Assembly (NCBI GenBank): GCA_965655095.1
Contig: OZ296650.1
Span: 26,288,001 to 26,352,000 of the forward strand
Length of the DNA: 64,000 nucleotides
Origin: Haplodiscus bocki
Taxonomy: Eukaryota
Direction of reading: 5' to 3'
Shown here in pieces: positions 1 through 12,949 of the stretch; the stretch's first letter is position 1, and every line of letters begins with the position of its first letter. The notes beneath the pieces are model-generated. The model was not told where the DNA came from. It worked only from the letters and a program-made list of their open reading frames with translations, and searched no databases. A program made the position numbers and the translations under genes.

Positions 1-300
1 AAACTTAGATATTGAATTTTTGTCCCACTGCTATTTTGATTTAACAAAAAACAGAGAGAACTAATAGTAACGTGTTTTTTTAAACATAATTTAGAAGACG
101 TGGGAAACACTTTCATAGCTATGGCTTTATTTCACATGAGTTATGGTGATTTTTTGTAGTTTTTTAGAGAACTTTGAAAGACGAAGATCAAAATTATTTT
201 TATATTGACAGACCGAGAAAAGAAAGTGGGTATAGAAGCTGTATTTGTAACAAGACCAGGTCGGGAAGATACATAGAGTATATACCAGAAACACACAGCT
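1..300 (+). pseudogene. C-terminal remnant of Polinton A32-like packaging ATPase
   Basis: Pieces NLDIEFLSHCYFDLTK, FFKHNLEDV, MSYGDF, YIDRPRKESGYR resemble the Polinton ATPase tail (YYISQSYF.LP / LFKQTLRDV / M.YDEF / CIDR.KK..G.YR). Confidence 0.5.
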
Positions 301-1479
301 TCGAAGATTATACCGACCAAATATCGGTTCATTTTGGAGAAACGACATAAGACCTGATCTGAAAAAATTTGATTTAGGAATTCAACTCCAGAGTTGAAAA
401 GAGTTTCAATAATTTTTCTTCTGTTTCGCGTAATAAAACAAACGTTCCATCAACAAAACAGAAGAATTAAATACATCACCAGAAAAAGGAAACTTCATGG
501 AGGAAGTAAAAATTGTAAGATTTCAAAAGTTAGTTAAATAGTTTTTTCATCGAATTTTTGTCAAAATTTTTGAAGACATTTTTGAAAAGGTTGAAGAATC
601 TTGTGAAAAAAGACCCAAGGAGATTAGATGTGGAGCAAAAGCAATCAAGGAAAAGAGAGACGTAGTCTTTGATGATAAAACTTTGATGAGAATTTTATCA
701 ATAGGAATCTAGTTTCAGTTGTTATTGAAAAGCAATCGGATCTTGAAATGATAGCAAAGAAACTATTTGTTGCAAAAGAACGTCAAAACGTTGATCTTGA
801 GAGTGTGATTCGAAAAGTCAAGATGGAAGATATGAATGAAAGTAGTAGAAGATTTAAATTTTCATAATTTTCCGAGGTCTATTTATATATATAAATAAAT
901 AAACATATATATATTTATATATATATATCAAGCTGATGGATAAAAGCTACTGACCCTGATCAAAGTCAATTTCACCCCCAAGTTGATCAAATTAACAACA
1001 ATCCTTATCATTTTGTAGGATTGAATAAAAAACCTTCTCACGAACGATTAAAAATAATTACTGACGGCGATTTTGATTTAGAAAATGATAGCATCCTTGT
1101 AGACTTCTTAGTTAAAAATCTTTTAGGACACATTTCGAGGAAATAGAAAAAATTGTATGAATTTTTGGTTTCTAATTTATTATAATACAAATAGCAGGTA
1201 CATTAGAAGTGAAAAAAGTTGTTCTGTACGTCAGTGATTGGAAACAAAGGAGGGTCAATCCTTCTGATCTTAGGGATTGGTAACGTTACTCTCAGAAGAA
1301 CCAGGTGAATAAATTGATTGATTGCAAAATCAAAAAAAAGAAGACAAGAAAAGCGGAACTTACATTTTTGGTTGTGATGATGAAAATATAGCGTTAATTG
1401 ACAATTTATCAGGATGCAAATGTTTTACCCTAATTCAACACGAAAAAACTTAATCAACTTCAATCTAATGTGAACGTTT

Positions 1480-2712
1480 AGGATAAACACAAGATATGAA
1501 ACAGATAGATCAATCTTGGGAAATTTTAGGATTCTATACACTCCTTCAACACTAGATGTCATAAATACACCTATATGAACCTTTTATCGTTGTTCTTCTC
1601 AAAATACAAAGTGTTCTTTCTCAGAAAGATAGATTTTTTTTAAATAGAAGATAATGTAACCCTAGCAAAAAAACTGAGTTTTCACATAGATCTGATAAGT
1701 GTTTGGGAAACATAACTCCATTTGTCGTTTTTTTCCCGAAAAAACTTAACCACTAGTAGCGGAAAAATAAAAAAGTTCAACATGCAGTTTCCATAATTGC
1801 AATGTATATTTTGTTAACTTCTGAAAGAGAAAAAAGATTTATTTTTGGATTTGATAAGGATCGGGAACAAGTGTGGGTCAAATTTTAATGAAGACATTCA
1901 GAGGAAGTTTGCCTGTCAAAAATATTTTTGAAAGATGTGCTGGGATATGCTGAGCGACAAAAGAAAAAGGTTCAATTGGATTAGGATATAGAATTTATAT
2001 AAAAACAAACTATTTTGATCGTTTAACACAGCGTGTGGTGGAGCTAATGCAAATGCTAACATGAACAGTATTGACTAGTATGTGCCTCAAAATACATCAA
2101 GTATATCAAAAGACGCAATACAGAAGAGCCTGAATGTTTCTAAAACCACAACTGAATGGAAGTATTCTGAAAGATTTAACAGAAGTATAAAAGCTTAAAG
2201 TAATTGGTTTTTTCCATCTATGACTGAACAGTGGAAATAATATGCTTTTCAATGTGATAAAAGGTTTCCACCAAAATGATCGTCTCGACTCACAAAAACA
2301 ACCCAATGATGCTGTCTGCAGACCACCAGTTGCTCATGGACAACGTAACATTGGGACCGGAAAAATCCAGATATTGGTTTAAATTGTAATTATACTATTG
2401 ACGATAATTACGAGGTTGTTGAGAAATTGTATCATGTGTTAGACATTTAACTAAAAATACCATCCTTTAACCGTATTTAACTAACTCTGATTATAGAAGA
2501 GAAAATAAAGAAAAGGGAACTGGGTAAATTTTTGTTAGTGTATCATTTATGTTACCATGAAGATTCTTCATCTCCTCAATTCATGCAGAAAGAATTCGGA
2601 ACTCCCCGAGTCAGTCCAGACAAAACAGTAAAAAAGTACGGTTTAGTGTTGACAAACAAAAGAAACATTATGTAGTGTTGGGCAAAGATATTTACACCCA
2701 ACTTGATTTGGT
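1480..2712 (+). pseudogene. Polinton major capsid protein (double jelly-roll type) remnant
   Basis: Collinear fragments HAVSIIAMYILLTS..FGFDKDRE, FLKDVLGYAERQ, GLGYRI, KGFHQNDRLDSQKQPNDAVCRPPV..QRNIGT, PYLTNSDYR, GLVLTNK follow the order I recall for Polinton MCP; frameshifted throughout. Confidence 0.65.
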
Positions 2713-5700
2713 CTTCATCTTCATTCCCACAGAAAGAAATCAAAACTGTTCAAAGCGTTTTTTTGCCATGGAATGAATATGTTGTTAATTATTGAAAGTT
2801 TTGCAAGTACGTTTCAAGGTCTTCTTTTCTAATGTGATAGTTACTTGTATATACTTTATAATCACTTTTTCCCCATAAGTCAATTATAGTAACCTTTGAC
2901 TTTCATTTTATGTTTACAAGTATTTACTCTTCTACTCAACTTTAATTCACTTTTGTTGCTATTAGTTCATACGATTGAATGCGACTTCGCTCTTAATACG
3001 CATAAGGTATCAGAGCAAAGACTTTCAGCAGTTTCTTTTTTAAGTCTTCCAGTAATATTTTTAGTCACGTTTGAAAAGAGATAACAGTTTTTATCTAAAT
3101 CACTGAAATCGAAGAAATCATTTAACTTTTCAAAGTGCTTGATTACAAATTTTGTTTTGAAAGTGCGGGAAAGAATCACAATATGAATACTGTATTCCAA
3201 AATGATCAAGTCCCGAGGTTTAGTAGATTCTAAAGGTTCCTCACATGTTCGATTCTGAAAATTGTAATGAACAAATTCCTAAATTGAACAAACAATTAGA
3301 ACTTAAAGTCTGCTTTTTAAAGCAAGGCAATCGAAGTAACATTGAAATTTGAATTCCGGATATGTTCTCCCATTTTATTCCGTACACAAGTCGCAAGTAT
3401 CAAGTTTTTTTATAGTTTTCAAAAATAACTTCTAATGAACGTGTAAAAGCATCGATGAATAATTTGTAGAACTCATTCGGCAACATAATTTTTTGCTGCT
3501 CCTTTCATGGTTTTTCTAGTTTCATACGAGTTAGCTATGACTACTCTATATGCATTCTTTTTCTGCATTCCCCGAATAATCGAAAAATTTAAATGCTGAA
3601 AATGTAAAACATCTTTTTCTCTTACCTTTCTTATCACAATTTTTGGTTTTTTCACCCGATAATTAATTCCTTGTCGTGTTTGTTTCAGAAATTCACTTAT
3701 TTCAGAGATTGGTTTCTCTCATTCTTTGGAAGATATAGGAAAGTCCAGGTGTTAGATCAAGAAAATTCGGCACAAGTTAATTCAACTTCCAAATCATATC
3801 CAAGATCAGAATTATTTTTAGTTTGAAGTAATTATTCCAAAATCACAATATTTTCAAGTTTCTTTCTGCAAAAGGCACGTTTTTGACATAACAATACCAG
3901 GCAATTTTTTTGCATATTAAACTTTTTATTTTTGTTTTTTTCAGAAACTCCATGCCTAGAACCCATTGTCCCATATATCCCAATTGCAACAGCATTCTGA
4001 AATATGAAAAATATTTTTCGATCTTTTTTCTTCTTTAGTTCTGTTTTTATAAGTTGAAATCCAGCACATCAAAAATCACCAGTTACAGGTACCAAAAATC
4101 ATGCAATATTTTTTTTTCTTTATAAGAAGGTGGAATGAAAACATCAAAGATTATAGTAGAATTTTTATTGAAACCAGTTGTTTTTTCCACATAAATATTT
4201 CCAAGTTTTTGTAGTACTTTAATCAGTGCTTGGAAAATTGTTTGTTAGTTTTGGGTTTTGGTGGTCAGCTTTAATTTAGATAATTGGTTTGTCATATTTT
4301 CCTATTTCAGGAAACTTTTCCTAAGGATAAATTAAGCTTTCAGTACAAACTTCATGAATGTTACCAATTTCTCGTTTTCTTCTTTCGAACGCTTCGTTCC
4401 TCAAAGTGGTTGAGTTTTCAACCGAACAAAAATCTAAAAACCTATATAAATCCATATATTTTAAGCATCCAAAATTGACAGTGAGTATTTTTCCATCAAT
4501 AGTAGGAATTGTGTCAAACTTTTACCAAATTGGTCTTTTACAGATTAGAGTTTTATTGAATAATGGTAACGTTGAATTACTGAGTTTGCTGAAAATCACC
4601 GGTACAAAGGACGATTGCCTTTTCTTAACATTCAAGTTACATGCTTGGTGGGCTGCTCCTCTGCTTTTACATGCTAAATGATGACAATGGCTTCTTTTTC
4701 GCATGTCGCAATGTTTAAATTTTTTTCACAAATTCAACATTTTTCTGCTGTACGTTGTACCTTGTACAGAATTCAATATTGATGACAACCACATGGAAAT
4801 TCTGCAAGGAGATATGATTATAGAAAACAGTTAAATTAATCTGGTATTTGATGAATAATTTCATCAACCTTTTGAGCTATGGTTTCTATACTCTTTTCAC
4901 ATATACACCCTGAATCTTAATCATTTCTCGACCATAAGGACTTTCATGGGGAATACTTGATTCGATTGAAAGTTTTGACTCCGGGTATTTTCAGAGAACG
5001 AGTTCCACACTTTAAACAACTTCTTTTACGATTCAATGAAAGTGCGGAATAAAATGGTTTTTCACACTTTTCTCCAGTAAAATGTTTGCTGTAACCATAT
5101 TTATCGTCTCGATAAATAGCATTAAATTGTTGAATAAAAATTATAGCGTCCGAAAAAAAATACTAAAACGGTTTTAGGTGGTCATTCAAGTGGAAGAAAG
5201 GGATCGGTTTCTATTTTTTTAAGACAATTTGTTCTTTTGGTTGTTTGTTTCTTCATAAGTTGCATTTGTTTTAGACGTCCTTCATTTACAAACAACATCA
5301 AAATCTCTTCTTTTGCTGGTTTGAAGAGTCGCTGTTGTCTTCGCCATTGTTTTCTTTGTTTGGTTTTTATGTTTTTATTATGCCTAGAAGACTTCACGTG
5401 CTTTCTCAATACTTTTCTGAAATTGTTTTTCCACATAGTTCACACTTCCGTTTGGTATATTATGTTATTCACCTTCAGTATTTCTATGCTCCTCAGAGTT
5501 CATACAACCTTCGTAGTCAGTGGTAATGTTTCTTTTTTTCCACATGTCTGACAGTGTTTCTCCTGTAACAAATGGAGTTTTTTTCGGATTTGATACACTT
5601 CCAATAACCAGTTTTTTACAGGGTTAGTTTTTCCCCAAGTCCTACAATGCTTAGTTTTGTCATATTTTATCGCCATTTATCATAATACAAACTTGGTTGA

Positions 5701-5910
5701 AAAAAATGACTTCTCTTTCTTCAATTGTCAGTATCCTTCGAAACTTTTAAAAGCATAGATGAAGAATTAGATAATTTATCAAAATCTTGAACGTCAATGC
5801 CAACAGCATGTTGGTTTTTGATAGCACCCTTTTCTAAATGTGTGTCCTCTTGCTGATCGATGAGGACCAATAATCTTGTTCCTAATGAAAAAGTTACCTT
5901 AATCAACCTT
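2695..5910 (-). pseudogene. Polinton-type protein-primed family B DNA polymerase remnant
   Basis: ORF 4522-4704 RSHCHHLACKSRGAAHQACNLNV..FVPVIF (cf. RDHCHLTGKYRGAAH..CN); NNSDLGYDLEVE near 3790-3815 (cf. DDSDIGY.LEVD); EFYKLF near 3460; ORF 2967-3209 FDFSDLDKNCYLFSN..GRLKKET..LRAKSHS (cf. FDFSNL...LFS...GKFKIE...LRSKMY). Confidence 0.8.
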
Positions 5911-6229
5911 AATGAAGAAAAACTATATCATGACTAATTGCTATACAAATGTCAAAAAAAAATCTCAACCTTCAGAACAATCTTCTCAACTCAAAATATT
6001 GTTCCCCTGTATAAACAAGATATCAGTCTTTTTTACTCCTAATATAAAAAAATCATGTTCAAAAATTTGACAGTTTCTTGGTTTTTCTTTTAAGAAAATT
6101 CCATTAGACTTTCCTTGGTATTCTTTTTCTATTACAACTTCATTCCAAGTTATGCAAAAATTCTCTCATATTAACATCAACGTTTTTATTACAGGCTGCT
6201 TTGTAGATTTGTTTTTCGGTTGTTGTCAT

Positions 6230-7140
6230 TCTTTTACTTAGTAAATTTTCAGTTGACGTATAATATGTTCGCGCACCGAAGTGAATGGTGGCGGAGTGAG
6301 CTGTGCCAATTTTTCTGTTTTATTAAACTAAGATTTCGTTAATGAGACATGCTTATGAAGTCTCCTATACTTAACATCAACCTTACACTCATTTCAAGTT
6401 TTTTAAAAGTTCTAGTTAAGCATTACCCTATATGAAGACTTCCATTATCGCAATGATCTATTGAAATTGCAAGATGTTTTTCTTTTTTAACATATGTACA
6501 ACAGTATACACAATTATATCAGTTTTATCGTTACATCTTTAATAAGATTTCAAAAATGATTTCTAGAGAAAATAAGTTCTATCAAAATCATAGCTGTTTC
6601 TTGAAAAATGTCAAATTTTAAAATGGTTATGCTTTCGTGAGAACGAGTTTCGTCAACTAATTTATGTAAAGTTTGTCAAATAATTTTGGATTAATTTCTC
6701 CATATTTTTCAAGTTTCACCTTTTGTTCCGTTTTCAATTTCAAAAAAAAACTGTTTGATGTCATGTTAATACTCAATAAAAGTTCGTTTCGATTGTTTTC
6801 TGTGAGTTGCTGCCATTTTATGTACTTCATTTTATTTTCTAATACATATTTCACAAACAACACAGGGACGGAAGTTATCAGTTCTTCTTTTATAAAGATT
6901 CTCAAAACGGAAAATGGTGTGTATTATGTTTTTTATTTTGGTTTACTTCAATGTACTCTTTCTAACCCTTTCATGGTAATTTAATATCGAAATTAGAGTG
7001 ACATTCATGACTCTTCTACTGTGAAGTATATGCACTACGAACTTTTCTGAAGGTTTTGTGCCTCTGATAATTGAATGTTTGTATGATTTTAAGTATTGAT
7101 AAAACAAGACCCTCAGAATCTCTATCACAAAAACAGCAAA
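6230..7140 (-). pseudogene. Probable Polinton minor capsid (penton-like) remnant
   Basis: DSEGLVLSILKIIQTFNYQRHK near 7070-7120 and DHCDNGS near 6440-6460 loosely resemble the N- and C-terminal parts of this Polinton ORF; strongly decayed. Confidence 0.4.
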
Positions 7141-9569
7141 CTTCTAAGGATTTAACCAAATGTCTTCATTCAGCACTATTGATCGACTTCTTTAAATTAT
7201 AGTTGTAAATTATGTTTTCTGTCTGTTATTTCGGATTTTCAGTTGATTTTATTGTTCTGAATGATGTTTTTTTCACTTTTCAACTGAATTTTTTGTGTTT
7301 GTGTGAAATTCCTAACTCCCAATCGTAGTGTCTCTGATACATAAAAAACACGTTTTTTACTTGTTTATACCAAAATTAAAATTCTGGTTTCAACTTTTCG
7401 CTTCTTCTTTTCACATTTAAGGTTCAGAATAATGTAGAGACTCCATTTTCATTTTATTTTTTTGATGCTTGATGGGTGTCAGATTTGAAACTCTGACTTT
7501 TATTCTTTTATTTTGAGCAAACTTAAGGTAGTTCGAAAAGGCATTTCGCAATCCCTTCTTGAAAACTGTTTTCTTTCAAGGAGGTCACAGATTGCTCTAG
7601 TAGGTCTTTCAGCAAGTCTTGTTCTCTTCGAAGTAGATTCATTTTATCTTTTAATACTTCGGCTTTTTCAAAACTCTGTAAAATTTTTACTTCATTTTTC
7701 TCATCATCTGTTTCAATTAGACTCGGCTTTCGGGTTAGAGTTGTAGTATGTTGCAGAAAAATCAGTTAAATCAGGCAGAGTTTTTTTATTTTTTGATAGT
7801 ATCCCCGGTTCATGATTTTTAGACTTATCAGTTATAACTGAGGTATATCTACACCCCCTAAAAGGTTTTTGCTGTAATCAATCGTATCTTTTAGCTTTGA
7901 AATTTCCATGTTTGTTGTGAGTGTTTCACCACGGTTTCGATTGTGTTATAGTAAAATTTTCATCGGGTGTAGAGTAAAATTCGTTAATGGATATGTCAGT
8001 TATGACTTGTTTTACCGTTTTAAAAAACCCTTAAATTAAATAAAGTACCAATAATTTAGTTAAAAATGATCAATGATCTAGAGTGGATTTTGATTTTGAC
8101 TTTTTTTACTTGCTCATGTTCGATCACACTTTGCCCAAACTTTCAAAAACAAACATCTAAAACAGTCTTCAGAAAAAACAAAAATCTTTGTTTTCTACTT
8201 AGTTTTGATACTGTGTAGACATTGGTGAACATTTGTTTATTTGTTAGAGATCTTAGTAGGACAAGGGTAGTGGAGTTCTCTACTTGTCTTGGCACTAGCT
8301 TTTTTTTGAACCAACAGTTCCATTTCCAGTTCCTAACAAACAAAACATCATCCTACTCAACTTTCCTCCAATTTCCTGCATTTAAATATCCAAAAAACCT
8401 ACAATCATTCACAATTAATTCTTCAATTGCCTCCGGATCTCTAACGCAATGCATAAATACAAGTTTTATTTTGTTTGTATCTCGGGGATTTGGAGAAAAT
8501 GGTGAAAACCTCTAAAAATGAGGAAGAAAATGTAAGTGGGAGTGAAAAGGTTTGTGTTTTGGTTGTTATCCACTAAAAATGAGGCCATTGTTGTTTCAAA
8601 TCCTCACACCCATACATCCCTCAAACCACGTAGGATGGAATTAATTTTCAGCAGTTTTTCCTTGATTTCTTGCAAAATCCTCGGATCATGACTGCAGACT
8701 GTAATCCCGAAACACTGCCGAAAAACTATTTAGTACTTTTTATATCATTGTTTTTAAGATTATCTATGCCAAAAGGTTTGACTGTTTCACAAAACTGGCA
8801 TAAGGCTCCAATAAAGTAGGAACTCTTTGAATTTTGTCTGCTAAAAGTGTTATGATTTCCCGACTGTGTGTTTGTGTTAATATGGATGGAGGCGACTTGG
8901 AAGTTGTTTAGAGTCAAGCTCGGGTAGAGATCATTATCATTTTTTTGTTCACGCAAAAAAATAAGGTTTGAAGAGTTCTGTTTTTTTTTCAACTAAAACG
9001 TTCAAGTTGTTCCGAATCTTGAAGACCTTTTCCTTTTCCATGCAACATTGGACACACTGTATTATTTGGTGATACGCACTCAAAGTTTTGAAACCAATTC
9101 AACTCTTGTTTAACCATCTAAAAATCTTCAGCTATTTGCCAACCGGAGATGAGCAAGGTGGTACTGATCATGAGTGCCTGTTTCATGCGTCTCGTTCCCA
9201 ACAGGAAGCAAAGACTCGCCTGTTGACCTAAAGAGAATATGCCTTGAAGATAGCCATCACGACTTAGCAGTCATTCGTCCGAACAACAGTAGTCCCAGGA
9301 CACATCATTGCAAAAGTTGGGCATTTTGGTACCCAATCGAATGATTGCTTGTCAACAGAATAACGGACCATTGGCATGCTACCATACAACGTCCACTCGC
9401 TACTCCCAGAATACGTGGGCCCACTTAGTCTCAATCCTCCAAGCTTCCTTGTTCACTGACTGCGATTAACATTTAATTTTCTCTTTTTTCAACGTCTAGG
9501 GAAAAGATTGGAATGTCACTACTCACGGAGAACCGAATTTAAGTGGCAATTTAAAGAAGAAACAATCAA

Positions 9570-11400
9570 TGCTTGCTGAGAGGTTTCACGAAACTGCGCG
9601 AACCAATTCGGAATGGTTGCAATATTTTCGCCATCATCATTACGTTTTTTTATTGCCTGACTCAGCATTTTATAATACCAATGTGGCACGCACTATTCAT
9701 CACCAACAACAAAGTCAAAGAACTAATGACCATCCTGGTCTTTGACGAAGTGAATGCTCTCCGAACTAACGGAAGCAATTACAGAGCTATAGGCAATATA
9801 TTTAAATGCGACTTGTTCAAGTTAACTTCGGATGGACGGCCCATGAGAGCAGAGTATTGCCCACTATAGCCCGTTATATCTCTCTGTCTTTTGTAAAAAG
9901 GGTACATAGAAACCAAACTGCATCATCGCATGCCGCTCAAGTATCAATTCCTACTGCCTTTTGGTATCAATGGATCACTGATCCTACATGAAAGGAAGAT
10001 CCTTTTGAGGATGTCGCCAATACACATGCAAAGCATCTCATGAATTTTTACAGTCAGTGCTGGCAAAAATTCACCCAGGAGAAGCTATCCGCTTAAAAGC
10101 ACAAAACACATTTTATATGCTGAGCATTGGAGATACATACACTTCGCTGATCTTCTGTACCATGTTGGGAGGCACTACTAGCGAAGACAGAGACTGCTTA
10201 AAGATATATATAAAGCGTTTAACACTAATTCCGGACAAAAAATTGCGAGGTCAAACATGTTTACTGAGCCACTGAGAAAATACTCCAGTACTTTATAGAA
10301 GCAGGTTGTGTGAAAATACAACACAAAAAGCCATCTTAGTCCAACAGTACTTCTCAACGGCTCCTCGTACGAGATTGGTGTTTAAATAGCTTTCCACTCT
10401 TCTTACGCTAACGAAGGTGTTTACAACAGGGGTTGGAAACAACACAGCTTGACGCCTGACACTTCATTTAAAATGGTTAACTGCTAAAGGGAAGCATTTC
10501 AGGTCCGCGTTTTCTTTGAAAAACCCGGATAGACCCCAATCACACCTTCGATCTTTAACGGTTTTATGTGAACCTCCGTTTTTTGGAATCGGAAACCAGT
10601 TCCCATTTTCCATCAAAACCTGCAGAGACATGTACCAGTGCTCATGCGACGCAAATCGTTTCTTGGCTGAACCCAAACTTGTTGTCTTAGTCTGCTAGTC
10701 TGTCAACGAACTCATACCTCTTGGAATTCAGCACCGCCAACATGGATCGCCAATCCTTTCTCTGTTAAATTTGCTCCCTAGGCACTGGATTTTGGCTCAC
10801 GTTGAAGCTTTCCATGGTGGACTTCTTGGAAATCTCACAATGCCCTACGCTCACGTTAACCCGTTATGAAAACAATCGAGGCTTCTTCAAAACTCTCCTG
10901 ATGCCGGTTTGCTTGCAAATGAAAAGTACTTACCTATCTGTGAGACACAGCTGCGAATTTTCATTTTGAGCTTCTTTTTTTTCAAACAGCTTCATGACAG
11001 TAGATCTCCGAAGAGACGTCACGGACACCACTCAACTTTGCATCGCGCCAAAACTGATTATTTTTTTTCTACGCTTTCTTTCTGCCAATTTTCGGCACTT
11101 CTGTTTATTGGCAATGACCACTAACTAATAGCGTCGAATCACGGTATTGAAATCACTTAAAGCTAGCACCTTTTAATCTGGTTCAGACGAAAAGCAGATC
11201 CGCTAAAAAACCTCTGGTGAGCCAGAGGGCATTTGGGCAACGTCATGCCAGCACCAAGTTTAAAGATTATGTTCTTAGTCTTAAGTAAGTAGATACGGAA
11301 AAAATTTGAAACCGAAAGAAGTTAATGCCATCAGGAAAAGAAATTTTAACGGTCAGCTTGTGAGAATTTTTTCAGCGTCTGTTTCAAATCAAATGTCCTT
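9570..11400 (-). mobile_element. Decayed BEL/Pao LTR retrotransposon pol (RNase H/peptidase A17 region, integrase, DUF5641-like tail)
   Basis: Minus-strand pieces VLARCKV (cf. VIGKCRVAP) ~11040, LMGRPS (cf. FLLGRP) ~9840, YYKML..NDDGENIATI..FVKPLSK (cf. GYY..GR..DDG.VRSATI..KRPVVKL) ~9575-9680, in BEL order. Confidence 0.5.
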
Positions 11401-11689
11401 GACTAGACGGGTAAAAGAAGTATACTTCTACTAAAGGATACCAGAAACGTTCACTCACAAAAATGAAAAAATTGGAACAAAATGGTCGTCCGCGGACTGA
11501 TTGAGGTGCTTTATTGCTAACCCTACGGTGTTATAACCTATCACTTGCTCTACTCACAACGGAAGCTCATCTATGATTCTACTAAACATGTGGAATCAAC
11601 TCATTCTCTCTTTTCACGCGATGTAAAAATGATAATGTAATTGTTTTTATTTTCCGTCGTAAAAATTCACGAAAGAAAATTTAATCCTC

Positions 11690-12070
11690 CACTTTGATTT
11701 TTTCTCCGGATTTTTCCGAAACGGAGTGAACATGTTCAGGTTTTCTTGAAACTTCAAAACACTCTCGTGGACTCGTAGAATGCAGTTTTGACAATCCAGA
11801 CGGAAAATTTCTGCTGACAGTCCAAAAAATTGATGAAATTCTAATTTTTTTCCAAAAAAATGCTGCAAAATGTTTCTCTGGATACGTACGATGCAGTTTT
11901 GACAATTCTGCTGTCAAAACTTTTCTGCAAAGTCCGGGAAATTTTACGCTGAACTTCCGGACTTCCGGAGAGAAAACCAAACTTTCAGTCGAATATTTGT
12001 TCCCAAAATTTATAGTCAACAGACGGGTTGCAGTTTTGAAAAAAACTGCCGAACTTTTGTTTTTTGAATT
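11690..12070. repeat. Interspersed repeat with internally repeated TGCAGTTTTGACAA motif
   Basis: TGCAGTTTTGACAA at ~11781 and ~11892 and TGCAGTTTTGAAAA at ~12030, with recurring TCCGGA motifs. Confidence 0.45.
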
Positions 12071-12949
12071 TCAAAATTTTGTTGCGGTCCGATAAATTTT
12101 CCATACTTTTGTGACAATAGAAAATTGAAAACTGACTAAATTTCGAAAAATTGACCGAATTTTACAGAAAAAGTGCGGTTTCTTGCCACAGTTCCAAATT
12201 GATTGAATTTTGCACAAGTTGAACAAAGAGACTGTTTCCTATCACATACTGAATTTCGGCTGTCGTCCGACGTGTTTTCGATGTCCTTTCTTAAGGAGAA
12301 ACTCGAAAGTTGAGATTTTTTTTTTTGGTAAAGGATTTTGTCATCTTGACAATCATTCGCTTCCTCATGTGAGGCTCCCAATTGACTGAGTTCATTCTGA
12401 TAGTTTTCTCTGCTATAGAACTTGAAAACGAGTTAAGTTTTGAGTTTGGTCTTTGATTTAATTTCGGTCCACTTGACGGAAATTGTCATTTTGTTGGTCG
12501 TTTATCTGTGGATATAGAGCTCCAAACTGATTGAAGTTTGCAAAGGTTGAACAAAGTGTCTCTGTTTCATCAGAAACAAAATTTTACTTGCAGTGTGAGA
12601 ACTATCCCAAGTTTTTTTGCGATAAAAATTTGAAAACCGAGCTGACTTTTCGACCAATTTTCTCATTATAAGGTCGTTTAAATCCACGTTCAAGGCTTTG
12701 AATTACCTGAACTTTCCGCAGAATTTTTTAAGAGACTCTGTTTCATCACACACAAGTTTTAGGTTTCGCTCCATTATACCTTCCCTGCTTTGTCTGCGAA
12801 CGAGTCTTGAAAATAAAGCTACTTTTCTTAACGTGGACACGATATTTGTCATAATACTTGTCAATTGTTCAGGCTGCAAAAACCTTACTTTTGCAAAAAA
12901 TAACATAGAGATTTTTTTTACCTCTCAGACACAGATACACTAAATTTTG

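Larger units (their letters stand above)
1..8520. mobile_element. Decayed Polinton/Maverick (adintovirus-like) element, truncated at window start
   Basis: Very AT-rich block with fragmentary translations resembling packaging ATPase, major capsid, protein-primed PolB and minor capsid, all with many stops and frameshifts. No TIR found; right boundary approximate. Confidence 0.75.

Noticed and set aside
881-928. AT-rich (TA)n-like tract
   Set aside because: Simple low-complexity sequence with no further structure.
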